From NCBI GenBank assembly GCA_008933805.1, contig WBUH01000005.1:128822-192821 (forward strand): a stretch of DNA of 64,000 bases, given 5' to 3'. Shown here in pieces: positions 48,390 to 57,596 of this stretch. Every line of letters starts with the position of its first letter. Positions within the stretch are counted from its first letter, which is position 1. The stretch is from Bacteroidota bacterium. GTDB taxonomy: Bacteria > Bacteroidota > Bacteroidia > UBA8524. The notes under the pieces were generated by a model. That model was given only the letters and a program-made list of their open reading frames with translations. It was not told the DNA's origin and ran no database searches. The position numbers and the translations under genes were made by a program.

Positions 48390-48794
48390 TTAATGTTTCT
48401 CTTCAATTGCAGGTAATCCGTTTTTAACGCGGTAATCATTAATTGCAGCCTTTATAGCATCTTCTGCCAATACCGAGCAGTGAATTTTTACCGGAGGCAA
48501 TGAAAGCTCTTCAACAATATCCATATTGTCAATAGCAAGGGCCTCATCAACCGTTTTACCCTTCAGCCACTCTGTAGCCAATGATGACGAAGCGATAGCA
48601 CTACCGCAACCAAATGTTTTAAATTTAGCATCGGTAATCATTCCGTCGTCACCCACCTCAATTTGCAAACGCATTACGTCTCCGCATTCAGGGGCACCTA
48701 CAAGGCCGGTACCTACGTTGTTTTTGCTTTTATCCAACGTCCCGATATTGCGGGGGTTGCTGTAATGGTCTATTACTTTTTCTGAATATGCCAT
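48390..48794 (-). CDS. iscU: Fe-S cluster scaffold protein IscU/NifU-like
   Basis: The three conserved Cys (GAPECGD, FGCGS, HCS) and the LPPVK motif. Confidence 0.9.
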   Translation of the reverse strand: MAYSEKVIDHYSNPRNIGTLDKSKNNVGTGLVGAPECGDVMRLQIEVGDDGMITDAKFKTFGCGSAIASSSLATEWLKGKTVDEALAIDNMDIVEELSLPPVKIHCSVLAEDAIKAAINDYRVKNGLPAIEEKH

Positions 48795-48898
48795 GATTTT
48801 AGTTTCAAGTTTTTAGTTTTCAGTTTCAAGTTGCTTTTGGCAACCACATCAATGTATATAATTTGCACATTATCAAATTTGCACATCGGCACATTTGA

Positions 48899-50113
48899 TT
48901 AATGTTCTTGCCACTCTATACTTTTTAAATCAATACCCTCTTTAAACATTTCCCACAACGGGCTCATGTCGCGCAACTTGGCAACCGCTTCCTTCACGTG
49001 AGAAATAGTATAATCTATCTCTTCTTCGGTGGTGTATTTACTTAACCCGAAACGAAGCGAAGAGTGTGCCAATTCGTCATCCAACCCTAAGTTTTTCAAT
49101 ACATACGAAGGCTCTAAAGATGCCGATGTACAAGCCGAACCCGATGAAACGGCGATGTCTTTCACACCCATCATCAAGCCTTCTCCCTCAACATATTTAA
49201 ACGATATGTTTGCTACGTGAGGCAAACGGTGTTCTTTATTACCGTTCAAATACGCTTCTTCCACTTCCAGCAAACTGGTTTCTAACCTATCGCGCAAAGC
49301 ACGCAAACGTTTTGCATCGCTTTCCATTTCGGCAATGGCTATTTCGCAAGCCTTACCAAAACCCACAATACCGGGCACGTTTAGTGTTCCGCTGCGCATT
49401 CCGCGCTCGTGTCCGCCACCGTCCATTTGGGCAGTAACTTTTACCCTTGGATTTTTGCGGCGCACATACAAAGCACCAACCCCTTTAGGACCGTACATTT
49501 TATGTGCTGTAAACGAAAGCAAATCAATACCGTCAGCAATCACATCCACGGGTATTTTACCGGTAGCTTGTGTGGCATCAGTATGAAAAAGAGCTCCGTG
49601 TTTTTTGGCAATAGCCGATATCTGGCGAATAGGTTGCACCACTCCTATTTCATTATTGGCATACATTATAGTTACCAAAATGGTATCGGGGCGCATGGCC
49701 TTTTCTAGTTCGTCAAGATTAATCAATCCATCTTCACCCACAGCAAGATACGTGATTTCGGCACCTAGTTTTTCAAGGTGCTTACAGGTATCCAATACCG
49801 CTTTGTGTTCTGTAGTGGCAGTAATAATGTGTTTGCCTTTTTCGGCATACATTTCAAATACTCCCTTTATGGCAAGGTTGTTACTTTCTGTAGCTCCCGA
49901 AGTAAAAATAATTTCCTTTTCGTTGGCGTTTATCAGTTTGGCAACTTGCTCGCGGGCATAATCAACAGCCTCCTCGGCGCTCCATCCAAATGGATGGTTG
50001 CGGCTGGCTGCATTCCCAAAATTTTGGGTAAAATAAGGTATCATAGTTTGCAATACACGCTCGTCAACAGGCGTGGTTGCATTGCTATCAAGATATATGG
50101 GCAGTTTTAACAT
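48899..50113 (-). CDS. iscS: Cysteine desulfurase (class V aminotransferase, IscS/NifS)
   Basis: LDSNATTP N-terminus, the PLP-lysine region ([12 protein letters not shown]) and the SSGSACTS active-site Cys loop. Confidence 0.9.
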   Translation of the reverse strand: MLKLPIYLDSNATTPVDERVLQTMIPYFTQNFGNAASRNHPFGWSAEEAVDYAREQVAKLINANEKEIIFTSGATESNNLAIKGVFEMYAEKGKHIITATTEHKAVLDTCKHLEKLGAEITYLAVGEDGLINLDELEKAMRPDTILVTIMYANNEIGVVQPIRQISAIAKKHGALFHTDATQATGKIPVDVIADGIDLLSFTAHKMYGPKGVGALYVRRKNPRVKVTAQMDGGGHERGMRSGTLNVPGIVGFGKACEIAIAEMESDAKRLRALRDRLETSLLEVEEAYLNGNKEHRLPHVANISFKYVEGEGLMMGVKDIAVSSGSACTSASLEPSYVLKNLGLDDELAHSSLRFGLSKYTTEEEIDYTISHVKEAVAKLRDMSPLWEMFKEGIDLKSIEWQEH

Positions 50114-50187
50114 TGTGTGCAGAATTTGACTTATTTAGACTAATTCTAACTACAAAGGTAGTAATGATTTTGTTCATTCAACAAAAA

Positions 50188-50240
50188 AATTTGATGTTTG
50201 AACGTTGTAATTGTTGATTGCTTGATTTGCTGATTTGTGT
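50188..50240. promoter_or_regulatory. 26-mer AATTTGATGTTTGAACGTTGTAATTG followed by three 9-bp-periodic (C)TGATTTG repeats
   Basis: Read directly from the sequence. Both elements also occur in the fur/DODA intergenic region (36619-36646 and 36736-36761). Confidence 0.45.
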
Positions 50241-50277
50241 ATTAATGAATAACCTTGCCAAACTAAAACTCACCCAA

Positions 50278-50682
50278 ATGTTTGGCAAAATTGAACACCT
50301 TGGCATAGCCGTTAAAGACCTTACCCTTAGCAATACCTTGTTTGAAAAGCTTTTGGGTACCGCACCCTACAAGCAAGAAGCCGTTGAAAGCGAAAATGTA
50401 ATCACATCATTTTTTAAGGCGGGTGAGAACAAAATCGAACTATTACAAGCCACCCACCCTGATAGTGCCATTGCAAAGTTTATTGAAAAAAAAGGCGAAG
50501 GTATACACCACGTAGCCTTTGATGTGGAGGATATTTATGCCGAAATAGAACGCCTAAAGGCAGAAGGCTTTGTGTTTATTAATGAAACGCCTAAAGATGG
50601 TGCCGACAATAAACTAATCGCCTTCCTACATCCAAAAAGCACCAACGGTATGCTGGTAGAGTTGTGCATGGAGAAGAAGTGA
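50278..50682 (+). CDS. mce: Methylmalonyl-CoA epimerase (VOC/glyoxalase fold)
   Basis: IEHLGIAV ... GIHHVAF ... metal ligands, and the typical 134-aa size. The start is set at MFGKIEH. Confidence 0.8.
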   Translation: MFGKIEHLGIAVKDLTLSNTLFEKLLGTAPYKQEAVESENVITSFFKAGENKIELLQATHPDSAIAKFIEKKGEGIHHVAFDVEDIYAEIERLKAEGFVFINETPKDGADNKLIAFLHPKSTNGMLVELCMEKK

Positions 50683-50685
50683 GCT

Positions 50686-51249
50686 ATGAAAACTCTTTTC
50701 GAAGATAAAATAATACGTTTGGTTGACATGTCGGCAGAGAACACAGCTTTTTTGTTGGCAAACAGCGTACAAAAGCAATTTGCCAAAGGCGATGTAATAG
50801 CTGTTGAGGGCAAAGTATGCACTAACTGTTGGTTTATTGAAGATGGTTATTTACGAGCTACTACTACAAAAGACGGGAAAGAAATACACCTTAATTTTTG
50901 GCTTGAAGACACTTTTGCTAGCAACCTAAAAAGTATGCGCACCCAAGCCGTTTCTGAGTTTTCTATCGTAGCGGGTGAAAAAACGAGGGTGAGGGAGTTT
51001 GAAGGAGCAATGCTGCTGAAACTTTATGAACGCTCGCCGCAGTTCGAGTCGTTTGGCCGCAAGCTGCTTGAAGAACTTCTGATAGAACAGGAAGAACATA
51101 TCAACCTGTTTAAACTTACCACCCCAACCGAACGCTACCAATATATTGTAAAACATAAGCCTAAGCTATTGCAACGCATTTCACTTACTATGTTATCATC
51201 GTATTTGGGTATTAGCAGGGAAACATTGAGTAGAATAAGAAAGCGGTAA
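50686..51249 (+). CDS. Crp/Fnr-family transcriptional regulator
   Basis: cNMP-binding beta-roll followed by a C-terminal helix-turn-helix (LSSYLGISRETLSRIRK). Confidence 0.8.
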   Translation: MKTLFEDKIIRLVDMSAENTAFLLANSVQKQFAKGDVIAVEGKVCTNCWFIEDGYLRATTTKDGKEIHLNFWLEDTFASNLKSMRTQAVSEFSIVAGEKTRVREFEGAMLLKLYERSPQFESFGRKLLEELLIEQEEHINLFKLTTPTERYQYIVKHKPKLLQRISLTMLSSYLGISRETLSRIRKR

Positions 51250-51545
51250 CAAACAACAGGGCAATTGCAGCCACACCATATTCAACTCAGCCCAACATAA
51301 CAATGCACTCGCATCTCGGTCATCCCGACCTTGTTTAGTGTTCTTACTAACCAATAACTTTTATTCAAATAGAGATAGCGTCCCAAAAGTATTCGGGGTC
51401 AGAATGAACAGCCGATGTTACCCTCATTTTGAGAAAACTTCCTTAACAACGAAACATTACAGATGACTCTCATTTTGTGACTTTTGACGCAGGAGCCTCT
51501 CACCTGCCTACCCCAACTTTGCACTATCATTTCAAAACAAACCAC

Positions 51546-52157
51546 ATGAAAAAATTACTAACACTATTGGGTGCGGCTTTATTGGCCATTGCCCTTCATG
51601 CTCAACAAAATAAGAAAATGAAAATTAACGTAAACGACACCGCACCTGATTTCATTGTTACAGATGTAAACAACAACAATGTAACCCTTTCAAAATTCAA
51701 AGGCAAAAAGGTACTACTTACCTTTTACCGCAATGTGGGCTGCCCTGTGTGTAATCTTAGATTCCACGAGTTAAGTCAGCACGATTCTTTTTTCAAAGCC
51801 AATAATGTAGTACTGATAGCCGTATACGAAAGCAGTAGTGAAAATATGCTTACCTACTTGGCTAATGAAGAAGTATACCCACGCATGATACCCGATAGCT
51901 CGCTACTATTATATGCGCTATACGATTTAGAACGCTCTACTGGTAAAATGCTAAAAAGTATGTTTAAGGGGGCTATGGGCAAAATGAAAAAGGGGGGGAA
52001 GCTATTTAAAGCAGAGATGAAACAAGACGGTAATGCTAACCGGATTGGTGCCGAATTTTTGATTGATGAAAACGGTATTGTGAGTATAGCCCACTATGGC
52101 AGCTACATTGGCGATGATTTACCTATTGAACAAATAATAACCGCAATCACAAAATAA
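51546..52157 (+). CDS. Thioredoxin-fold redoxin (AhpC/TSA or TlpA-like) with a signal peptide
   Basis: Signal peptide, and a CPVC motif in GKKVLLTFYRNVGCPVCN. Confidence 0.6.
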   Translation: MKKLLTLLGAALLAIALHAQQNKKMKINVNDTAPDFIVTDVNNNNVTLSKFKGKKVLLTFYRNVGCPVCNLRFHELSQHDSFFKANNVVLIAVYESSSENMLTYLANEEVYPRMIPDSSLLLYALYDLERSTGKMLKSMFKGAMGKMKKGGKLFKAEMKQDGNANRIGAEFLIDENGIVSIAHYGSYIGDDLPIEQIITAITK

Positions 52158-52160
52158 ACT

Positions 52161-52577
52161 ATGAAGCAATTAATCATCGGTTTCATTGAAACCATTTGGA
52201 ACCAACAACGATTTGAAAAAATTGACGACTTTCTGAGCAATGACTTTATTGATTTTTCGCTGCCTGAGGCTTTGCCAACAACAAAAGAGGGCACATTAAT
52301 GTGGATAGAAAACACAGGTAAATCATTTAAACATCATACTGATATTGATACATTGGTGGCTGAAGGTAATATGGCCATTGCAAAAATCAGTTTTACGGCT
52401 ACGCATATTGGTGAGTGGCGTGGAATACAAGCCGCAGGTATTAAATTTACTGTTACAGGCTACCGTACATTTAGGATAGAAAACGAAAAAATTACAGCAC
52501 ACTGGGGGCATATTGATGCTACTTCGATACACAATCAATTAACCCATACTGGCGCTGGATGCAAAATTCAGCAATAA
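52161..52577 (+). CDS. SnoaL-like / ester-cyclase (NTF2-fold) protein
   Basis: IETIWNQQRFEKIDDFLSNDFIDF follows the SnoaL polyketide-cyclase-like pattern. Confidence 0.55.
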   Translation: MKQLIIGFIETIWNQQRFEKIDDFLSNDFIDFSLPEALPTTKEGTLMWIENTGKSFKHHTDIDTLVAEGNMAIAKISFTATHIGEWRGIQAAGIKFTVTGYRTFRIENEKITAHWGHIDATSIHNQLTHTGAGCKIQQ

Positions 52578-52604
52578 ATAAAAACTTAAATACTAGGGCA
52601 AAAC

Positions 52605-55600
52605 TTACCACACCTGCCAGTCAAATCCTGCCGTTTCGGTGCGGCTGGTAGGTCGTTGTAAACCATCTGTCAGTCTCTCCACCTCAGTTCCTACAAATGT
52701 TTTTAACTCTTGTACGGTACAGGTTTGCTTTTCAGCTAATAACTGTAATACACAATAAGTAAATACCCCGTTTTGCAGCTCGCCCTTTTCATACGCTACT
52801 TGTGTTCCCGCCGCCGCTGATATAATTGTCGTCCCGGTACCTCTACCCACATCAGCAAACATTTCCTGCATCAGTTCAAAACTATTTTTCAGCCCCACAA
52901 CTTGCTCATCATCCACCAGCAATTCTATACCATTTTTGCCCCCGTTATTAATGTGCTTAGCAGTATCGGAGAAAACCACCCGCATGCTCTCCATCTCATC
53001 TTTATCCACCTCACCGCTGTGGCAGGCATCAATCAACAACAGCTTCCTGCGCATAGGCAAACTGTCAAGTAACTGTTCCATCATCGTATACGGCAACCCG
53101 CCCTCATTAGGGTTTCTAAAATTTACCATGTAAGTAGACAAATAATACTCCAGTTGTTTATCCAACAACCCATGCCCTGAGTATGAAACTATTAAACGGT
53201 CATTTACATTCGCTTGTAATAATCTGTTTCGCAATGCCATTACCTTTTCAAGCGATACATTGCTATTAAACAGAGTATCTATCACCAATTGGTCGCCAAG
53301 TTTTGCTTTTAGCCCCTCTGCAAAATTTACAATGTCTTTAACACTGTATTTGAGATTATGTCCCGGTTCTTTAAATTCATCAATTCCTATACCTATAAAA
53401 TAGATTTTAGAAGGGTTCGCTTCGTACTCAGCAACGATAGTAATTGTTTCGGTGGCGGATTTTACGCCGTTTACATCCGTTGCATATACTTGTACCACAT
53501 TATTGCCTTTTTGCAACTTCACTTTGCAATTCACCTTCGCTTCTCTTCCACCTGAAACGGGCATCCCCTCTTTGCCAAACACAGGTACTCCGTTAGCCAT
53601 AACTTGCAGTTTACTAACATCCGCATACAACGAACTGAGGGCTATTTCTAACACTACTTCATCAGAAGTTAGCACCAACGGAAGTTGGCTTTTGTTTACA
53701 ATTTTTACCTCAGGTTCTTTACCAATAATGTTCTCTATTGTTTTTGCTTTAATTCTCCGCAAACGTTTCGCAACAGCCCCCTTCAATAACTCGTTGAACG
53801 CTTCGTTAGACGACCCCGAAAGCAAAACAACCGTATCCGGACGGTTAAAATAAATATCATATTCAACGGGTAAATACCCTTTGCCTTTATAAGCAAACGC
53901 AAGGTTATTAACCGCTGATTTATCCCCTCGATAAAGATAATTATTTGCTACCTCAATAAACTTGCGACCCGCATAAGAGGTAAAATACAACTGTGTATTA
54001 TCATTTAATACCGTGTACATTTCTTCTTCAGTAGAAAACGTGAAACCATTACTTAAATGATTTACGTGAAAAAACGATTCACGCGGGGTTTGCTGCCACA
54101 ACAACTCACGATTGCTTAACTTAGCTACATACAGCTCGCTATATGCTTCAAATGCAACTCTATCCGCTCGCATATCTACTTCAAACGAAAAGAACCGACT
54201 ATCAGTAAATTCATACTTCTCTTTGGGTGTCGCTACTGATAAGTCAATACTATAAACCTCATTAATCAATTCACGACCATTTTTGGCTGTCCAATAATTG
54301 GTGCTATACCACAACACATCAAGGGTCTTATCAAACGTAAAATATCTTACCTCTACATCCTTTTTAAGCTCTATGGTAAATACTTTTTTAGCGCTCACCC
54401 AATCCCATATTTCTATACTGTGCCGCTTTTCTCCGGCATTTATTATTGCTAAGTATTTTTTTGAAGGGGAAACCGCAAACAATTCACCTGAAAACAGCCG
54501 TTTTAATTTATTTATCTCCAAAATCACCCCATTATTATTCACTACCATTACAGCATTATCACCTGCCAAGGCATAATTCCCCTCTGTCAATTTATTTACA
54601 TTAATAATAGATTTGGGAAGCTTTTCTTCACTAATATTTTCTGTCGAAAATATTGGCCCTAAAATATTCAACTCAGCATTAAAATCAATAGTATAACTAC
54701 TTAGTTGCATTTTATTAAACAGCAGCTTACACCACTTAGTCTGATTGTATTTAATAATGGCAAGGGAATTTTCTTTACTATCCAACACAAACTTGCACCA
54801 TTTGCAAGCTATAGTAGTAGGTTGGGTTTTATTGCTTGAAAATACCACAAGAGTATCTGAACTATAATCCGCTTTATAGGCTATGATGTGGTAATTTCCC
54901 TGTTCATCAAATACCTTAAAAAATTGCGAGTATTTATCCTGTAATTGAATTTTTCGGAATGCAGGTTGGAATTTTTTGCGGTTAATATCGTATAAATCTT
55001 GATTGCGAGATGAAGCAAACAAATCCTGAATATCATCCGTTGCTGAAAGTAATTGTGTGCTGTCAGTACTCCAACAATAAAACTTAGCCATGTTGAAGGA
55101 AATAGGATAATGTAATGTATCCGCAGTAGATAAACTTACTTTTAGTAAACGACTAAAGCCATAATTCACTACTACACTATTTTCATTTGGGTACTTTAAC
55201 ACCCTAAATATTGAAGACGAAGAGGCTAACATACTGTATTTATCAACAGGATCTTGCCCATCTAATAATAATTCGTGTTCGCGCTTCCCGTCTTTATAAA
55301 TACATATTCGTCCGTCGCCATAATCACCCCCCACATATTTAGCTGCTTGCGAAGGGATTGCAACTATACTTTTACCAACAGCTAACAGTTGATGAATGGC
55401 TGTGTCAAAGGCTCTGAACAAAGTGTTTTGTTGCAAACTCTCATTAATTCCGACGACATCTCCCGATAACGTCCCTGCCAATATTACACCATTTTGGGCC
55501 TGTGCTGCGAATGTTGTTATAAGATGTGCTGTTGGGGCAGTTTGTGTAACGGTTTCTGTCTTGGCATCAACTAAATATAACTTACAGTTAACAGGTCCTA

Positions 55601-56111
55601 AGTATTCGTTTTTCCCCTTATTATCAATTAAATAACTTATTGTGCTGTCCTTCTTCATAGGGTAGGTTTTAGTATGAATAAGCACTTTGGTTTCATCATC
55701 AGGCCACAGGGTAAAACTCTCTATTATCTCAGGAAATTTAATTTGGTTAAAAAAAGTATCCACCTTGCCGGTAATAAGATCGGCTTTTACTAATACCGAC
55801 CCAGTAGAGATCAATACTGTTCCATCAGCCATTAATGCTGTTTTGCCCACTCCTTGTGCCCCCCAACTACCTGCCTCAAATACCAACGTGCCTACCTGTA
55901 TTTTAGAGGTTTGGTCAATCAACGTGTAATTATTCCCGCTAATTACTAAAAACCAACTACCCTTTGCACTCGATTGCACATCCTCCAACCCTAAATCAAA
56001 CGTTACTTGGCTCACCAATTTGGGCATGGTTTGCCCATAACCCACCGTTACAAGAAAAACAATAGTAAAAAGAAGTATGAAGCGATGTATTGCCTGTTTC
56101 ATTACAGGCAA
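52605..56111 (-). CDS. Secreted 1168-aa protein with a beta-propeller (WD40/PQQ-like) region and a C-terminal caspase-like (peptidase C14) domain
   Basis: Signal peptide. The caspase domain, at about 52605-53420, holds a His in YSGHG and the catalytic Cys in LLLIDACHSG, so both dyad residues are present. Confidence 0.7.
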   Translation of the reverse strand: MPVMKQAIHRFILLFTIVFLVTVGYGQTMPKLVSQVTFDLGLEDVQSSAKGSWFLVISGNNYTLIDQTSKIQVGTLVFEAGSWGAQGVGKTALMADGTVLISTGSVLVKADLITGKVDTFFNQIKFPEIIESFTLWPDDETKVLIHTKTYPMKKDSTISYLIDNKGKNEYLGPVNCKLYLVDAKTETVTQTAPTAHLITTFAAQAQNGVILAGTLSGDVVGINESLQQNTLFRAFDTAIHQLLAVGKSIVAIPSQAAKYVGGDYGDGRICIYKDGKREHELLLDGQDPVDKYSMLASSSSIFRVLKYPNENSVVVNYGFSRLLKVSLSTADTLHYPISFNMAKFYCWSTDSTQLLSATDDIQDLFASSRNQDLYDINRKKFQPAFRKIQLQDKYSQFFKVFDEQGNYHIIAYKADYSSDTLVVFSSNKTQPTTIACKWCKFVLDSKENSLAIIKYNQTKWCKLLFNKMQLSSYTIDFNAELNILGPIFSTENISEEKLPKSIINVNKLTEGNYALAGDNAVMVVNNNGVILEINKLKRLFSGELFAVSPSKKYLAIINAGEKRHSIEIWDWVSAKKVFTIELKKDVEVRYFTFDKTLDVLWYSTNYWTAKNGRELINEVYSIDLSVATPKEKYEFTDSRFFSFEVDMRADRVAFEAYSELYVAKLSNRELLWQQTPRESFFHVNHLSNGFTFSTEEEMYTVLNDNTQLYFTSYAGRKFIEVANNYLYRGDKSAVNNLAFAYKGKGYLPVEYDIYFNRPDTVVLLSGSSNEAFNELLKGAVAKRLRRIKAKTIENIIGKEPEVKIVNKSQLPLVLTSDEVVLEIALSSLYADVSKLQVMANGVPVFGKEGMPVSGGREAKVNCKVKLQKGNNVVQVYATDVNGVKSATETITIVAEYEANPSKIYFIGIGIDEFKEPGHNLKYSVKDIVNFAEGLKAKLGDQLVIDTLFNSNVSLEKVMALRNRLLQANVNDRLIVSYSGHGLLDKQLEYYLSTYMVNFRNPNEGGLPYTMMEQLLDSLPMRRKLLLIDACHSGEVDKDEMESMRVVFSDTAKHINNGGKNGIELLVDDEQVVGLKNSFELMQEMFADVGRGTGTTIISAAAGTQVAYEKGELQNGVFTYCVLQLLAEKQTCTVQELKTFVGTEVERLTDGLQRPTSRTETAGFDWQVW

Positions 56112-56137
56112 GTTATAAATTTCAGTTGTACTTGCCG

Positions 56138-57526
56138 TTATTCTACCCCTTTAAACCTTGCGGTAAAGTGCCTTAAGAAGGGCGGTTCATACGTTATTGC
56201 ATAACCCTTGGCTTTATCGCGGTTTTCCAAAATATCATCAAACACATCTATCACATAATCGATGTGGCTTTGGGTGTAAACACGTCTAGGGATAGCAAGT
56301 CTAACCAACTCTTGCCTTGCAGGCACAAAGTTTTTGTTTTCATCGTACTTGCCAAACATTACGCTGCCAACTTCCACACAACGGATTCCACCGAATTTAT
56401 ATAACTCACACACCAATGCCTGCCCCGGAAACTCATGTTGGGGAATATGCGGATATAATTTTTGTGCGTCAATGTAGATGGCGTGCCCACCGCTGGGACG
56501 TACCACAGGAATTCCCTTGTTGTGCAAATGGTCGCCCAAGTAGGCTGTACTGCGAATACGGTAATTTAGATAATCCGCATCAAACACCTCTTGAAGACCT
56601 ACTGCAATTGCCTCCATATCCCTTCCCGTCAATCCGCCATACGTAGCAAACCCCTCCGAAATTATTAATAAATTGGTGCAGTCTTGCGCCAGTTTAGAGT
56701 CTCTAAGCGCCAATATTCCACCCATATTCACCAACGCATCTTTTTTGGCACTCATTACAAACGCATCTGCCAATGCAAACACCTCTTGGGCAATCTCCAA
56801 ATAGGTTTTGTGTTCAAAGCCTGCCTCGCGGTGCTTTATGAAATAGGCATTTTCAGCTATCCTGCACCCGTCAATTACCAACATAATACCCTGCTGTTTG
56901 CACAAAGCTGCCACATCACGTACGTTGCCCATACTCACAGGTTGTCCGCCTGCACTATTATTGGTAAGCGTCATAATCACGGCAGCAATATTTTGACTGC
57001 CATATTGTGCGATAGTAGTTTTTAATGCTTCCAAATCGATATCACCTTTAAACGGCGCTTCCTTAAAAGGGTCAGCAGCTTCGGGGCTTGGTAAGTCAAT
57101 TGCAATTGCACCGCTAAACTCAATATTGGCCCGGGTGGTATCAAAATGGGTATTACTGATAAACACCTTGCCTTTACCTCCGATTTTACCGTATAAAATA
57201 CGCTCGGCCGCTCGACCTTGGTGAGTAGGTAATATGTATGGCATCCCCGTAAGGTTCTTCACCACACTTTCAAAGTGCTCCCAGCTTTTAGCCCCTGCAT
57301 ACGATTCATCTCCGCGCATCATTGCCGCCCATTGATTATCACTCATTGCCGAAGTACCGCTATCTGTAAGCAAATCAATAAATACATCGTGTGATTTTAG
57401 TAAAAACGGGTTGTAACCTGCTTGTTTTAGCACTTCCTCACGGTATGCCTCAGTAGTAATAGTAAGCGGTTCCACCATCTTAATACGGAACGGCTCTGCC
57501 AATGTACGCTCTCTCTTTGCGGTCAT
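56138..57526 (-). CDS. tnaA: Tryptophanase / tyrosine phenol-lyase family (PLP-dependent beta-eliminating lyase)
   Basis: EPFRIKMVEP ... FIDLLTDSGTSAMSDNQWAAMMRGDE ... PTHQGRAAE. It cannot be assigned to tryptophanase or tyrosine phenol-lyase without an alignment. Confidence 0.75.
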   Translation of the reverse strand: MTAKRERTLAEPFRIKMVEPLTITTEAYREEVLKQAGYNPFLLKSHDVFIDLLTDSGTSAMSDNQWAAMMRGDESYAGAKSWEHFESVVKNLTGMPYILPTHQGRAAERILYGKIGGKGKVFISNTHFDTTRANIEFSGAIAIDLPSPEAADPFKEAPFKGDIDLEALKTTIAQYGSQNIAAVIMTLTNNSAGGQPVSMGNVRDVAALCKQQGIMLVIDGCRIAENAYFIKHREAGFEHKTYLEIAQEVFALADAFVMSAKKDALVNMGGILALRDSKLAQDCTNLLIISEGFATYGGLTGRDMEAIAVGLQEVFDADYLNYRIRSTAYLGDHLHNKGIPVVRPSGGHAIYIDAQKLYPHIPQHEFPGQALVCELYKFGGIRCVEVGSVMFGKYDENKNFVPARQELVRLAIPRRVYTQSHIDYVIDVFDDILENRDKAKGYAITYEPPFLRHFTARFKGVE

Positions 57527-57596
57527 AATTCAGAAAAATTTGACGCAAAACTATGCCTACACCAACGGACAAAAAATGATGAATATCAGCACATTC

